Shown here: positions 62,468-64,000 of the stretch, in pieces | How positions within the stretch are numbered: position 1 is the first letter of the stretch | Layout of the letters: every line of letters begins with the position of its first letter | Assembly (NCBI GenBank): GCA_965113315.1 | Contig: OZ220363.1 | DNA length: 64,000 bases | Reading direction: 5' to 3' (one strand) | Origin: Podarcis vaucheri | Lineage: Eukaryota | The notes under the pieces: generated by a model | What the model saw: only the letters and a program-made list of their open reading frames with translations | Told to the model about the DNA's origin: nothing | Databases searched by the model: none | Made by a program: the position numbers and the translations under genes

Positions 62468-62550
62468 ACCAGAATGGCCGAGTGGTTAAGGCGTTGGACT
62501 TAAGATCCAATAGACATATGTCTGCGTGGGTTCGAACCCCACTTCTGGTA
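62468..62550 (+). tRNA. tRNA-Leu(TAA)
   Basis: 83 nt. Acceptor ACCAGAA/TTCTGGT plus discriminator A, A box TGGCCGAGTGG, anticodon arm TTGGA-CTTAAGA-TCCAA, long variable arm AGAC-ATAT-GTCT, B box GGTTCGAACCC, TTTT downstream. Confidence 0.97.
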
Positions 62551-62763
62551 AGAGAAGGAGCTTTTGTTTGCTAGTCCGCTTTAAACTCCCCCGCCCCAGT
62601 CATTTTAACTCTTTTTCTTCTTGCTCTCCGCCCCAGATGGAGCTGCAATTTCCAACCTAAAGCAACTGCTTTACATCTCCCCAAGAAAACTTCCGGCATA
62701 TGGCGATCACTGTTAAGGTAACATAAAAGTGTCCTTTAAGGCAGAGGAGAAAACCTAACGCGC

Positions 62764-62849
62764 GGCTCTGTGGCGCAATGGATAGCGCATTGGACTTCTA
62801 GCGTAGTGAAGTGATTCAAAGGTTGTGGGTTCGAGTCCCACCAGAGTCA
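62764..62849 (+). tRNA. tRNA-Arg(TCT) with 13-nt intron (62801-62813)
   Basis: GGCTCTG/CAGAGTC acceptor, D arm GCGC..GCGC, TTGGA-CTTCTA[gcgtagtgaagtg]A-TTCAA, B box GGTTCGAGTCC, T-run terminator at ~62854-62861. Confidence 0.96.
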
Positions 62850-63659
62850 CAGGTTTCTTTTGAGGATGAAAACAAATTCGCCAAAGATCCCAATATCCAA
62901 TGGGGAATTTGCATTAAGTTGTGCTATTATATATCTTCCGAGTGAGCTGATTCCAGACATTTTGTGCATTATGTTGTGGTTTAAGCTAATGTCCGATTAA
63001 CGTGAATCTCCTTAAACTCCCTAGCTCTCCAACCCCCCTGCGGGCTTTGCACTAAAAGTCCGCTGCTTCGCGGCAGTGAGGCTGGAAATGCTCCGGGGCT
63101 GGCAATGGGGGTTCTTACGAAGAGTTAAAAGGGGCAAAAGGGTTTCAATGATGGAAGGGTCGCAGTATCAATCACGCGCCGGAGAACCTAGCGCTGGCCG
63201 GGGGGGGGCATCCCTTTTTTGGACGAAGCTGGCATTTTACGATATATTAGCAGCGATGGAGTGAGCAAAGGACTGAAGGCAACACTCGGGGACGCCGTCT
63301 GGGCTCAGGGTCTGCTGCTTCTGCTTTTGCACTTAAAAGAGTTGCAGAAGAGCAACCCACGTGTTCGAATGTTCCCCATATTGATTGTATTTATTATCTT
63401 CTATTCAGTGCTTTTTTCTGGGGGGGCGCATTCCCCTAAACATTTTGTGAATCTTTGTACTTTTGTCCATTTACTGTATTTATTTTTCCCGATTAGAACT
63501 CCTGAAATGGCGATTTTCTTGAGTCAAAATGAGAGGACCCCTAAACATTTTTAAAGGGGAGGGGAGCACTACTCATCCCTGAGCTCTGGTCTTGCTAGCT
63601 AGGGGTGATGGGAGTTGTAGTTCAACAACATCTGGGGACCCACAGGTTGAGGAAAAACC

Positions 63660-64000
63660 CTACAAATAGAACGCCAGGCCGGAGGGCAACTGACTGGCTG
63701 GATCCCTATAGGTGTTTCTTTCTAGTCCTCCGCGCAGTCGTCGTCCGCCCACCGGAAGTGGTGCGTTGCAGCCGCAGTAGCGGGACCAGTTCCGCGGCTC
63801 TAGAAGCGCCTCTAAGACCACTTGGCCGCGGTTAGAGACCCGTGGGGTCTGCGGTGTCCTGGCAAAGAGGGCGAGGAAGCCCTTCCTAGGCAGCCCGTTC
63901 TCAGTTGAAACTTGGGAGAGGTGGCGTAAAAAGCCTCCTTGCCGCGTGTTGCTGGAGCGGCTTCTCGCGGTGTGTGAGCCCACGTGGCTGCCCCGATGGG
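63660..64000. promoter_or_regulatory. CpG island / probable promoter of an unidentified neighbouring gene (truncated by the window)
   Basis: CpG-dense, with a perfect ETS/GABP site ACCGGAAGTG at 63751-63760. No recognisable coding sequence within the window. Confidence 0.6.

Overview
This is vertebrate genomic DNA, not a prokaryotic locus. The repeat content (a full-length Sauria-type SINE, CR1, L2, Penelope fragments, Tc1/mariner and hAT MITEs) points to a squamate reptile, probably a lacertid lizard (inference). Two intact housekeeping genes lie in tandem on the + strand. I reconstructed both exon by exon with GT-AG boundaries and consistent phase: PATL1 (19 coding exons, 10651-28546, 765 aa) and OSBP (14 coding exons, 32322-57150, 799 aa). 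Each has a CpG-island promoter and AATAAA signal(s). Downstream are tRNA-Leu(TAA), an intron-containing tRNA-Arg(TCT), and a third CpG-rich promoter-like region cut by the window edge. Most ORFs in the supplied track are spurious or are partial exons. I found no clearly new multi-gene system. The best leads are: (1) a minimal hammerhead-ribozyme motif in a TSD-flanked Penelope-like insert, antisense in PATL1 intron 13; (2) CTCF motifs arranged as a divergent boundary pair upstream and a convergent pair bracketing PATL1-OSBP; (3) a possible U12-type (GTATCCT) intron in PATL1; (4) several nested transposon insertions with readable target-site duplications; (5) a palindromic hAT MITE carrying ZNF143/THAP11-like motifs.
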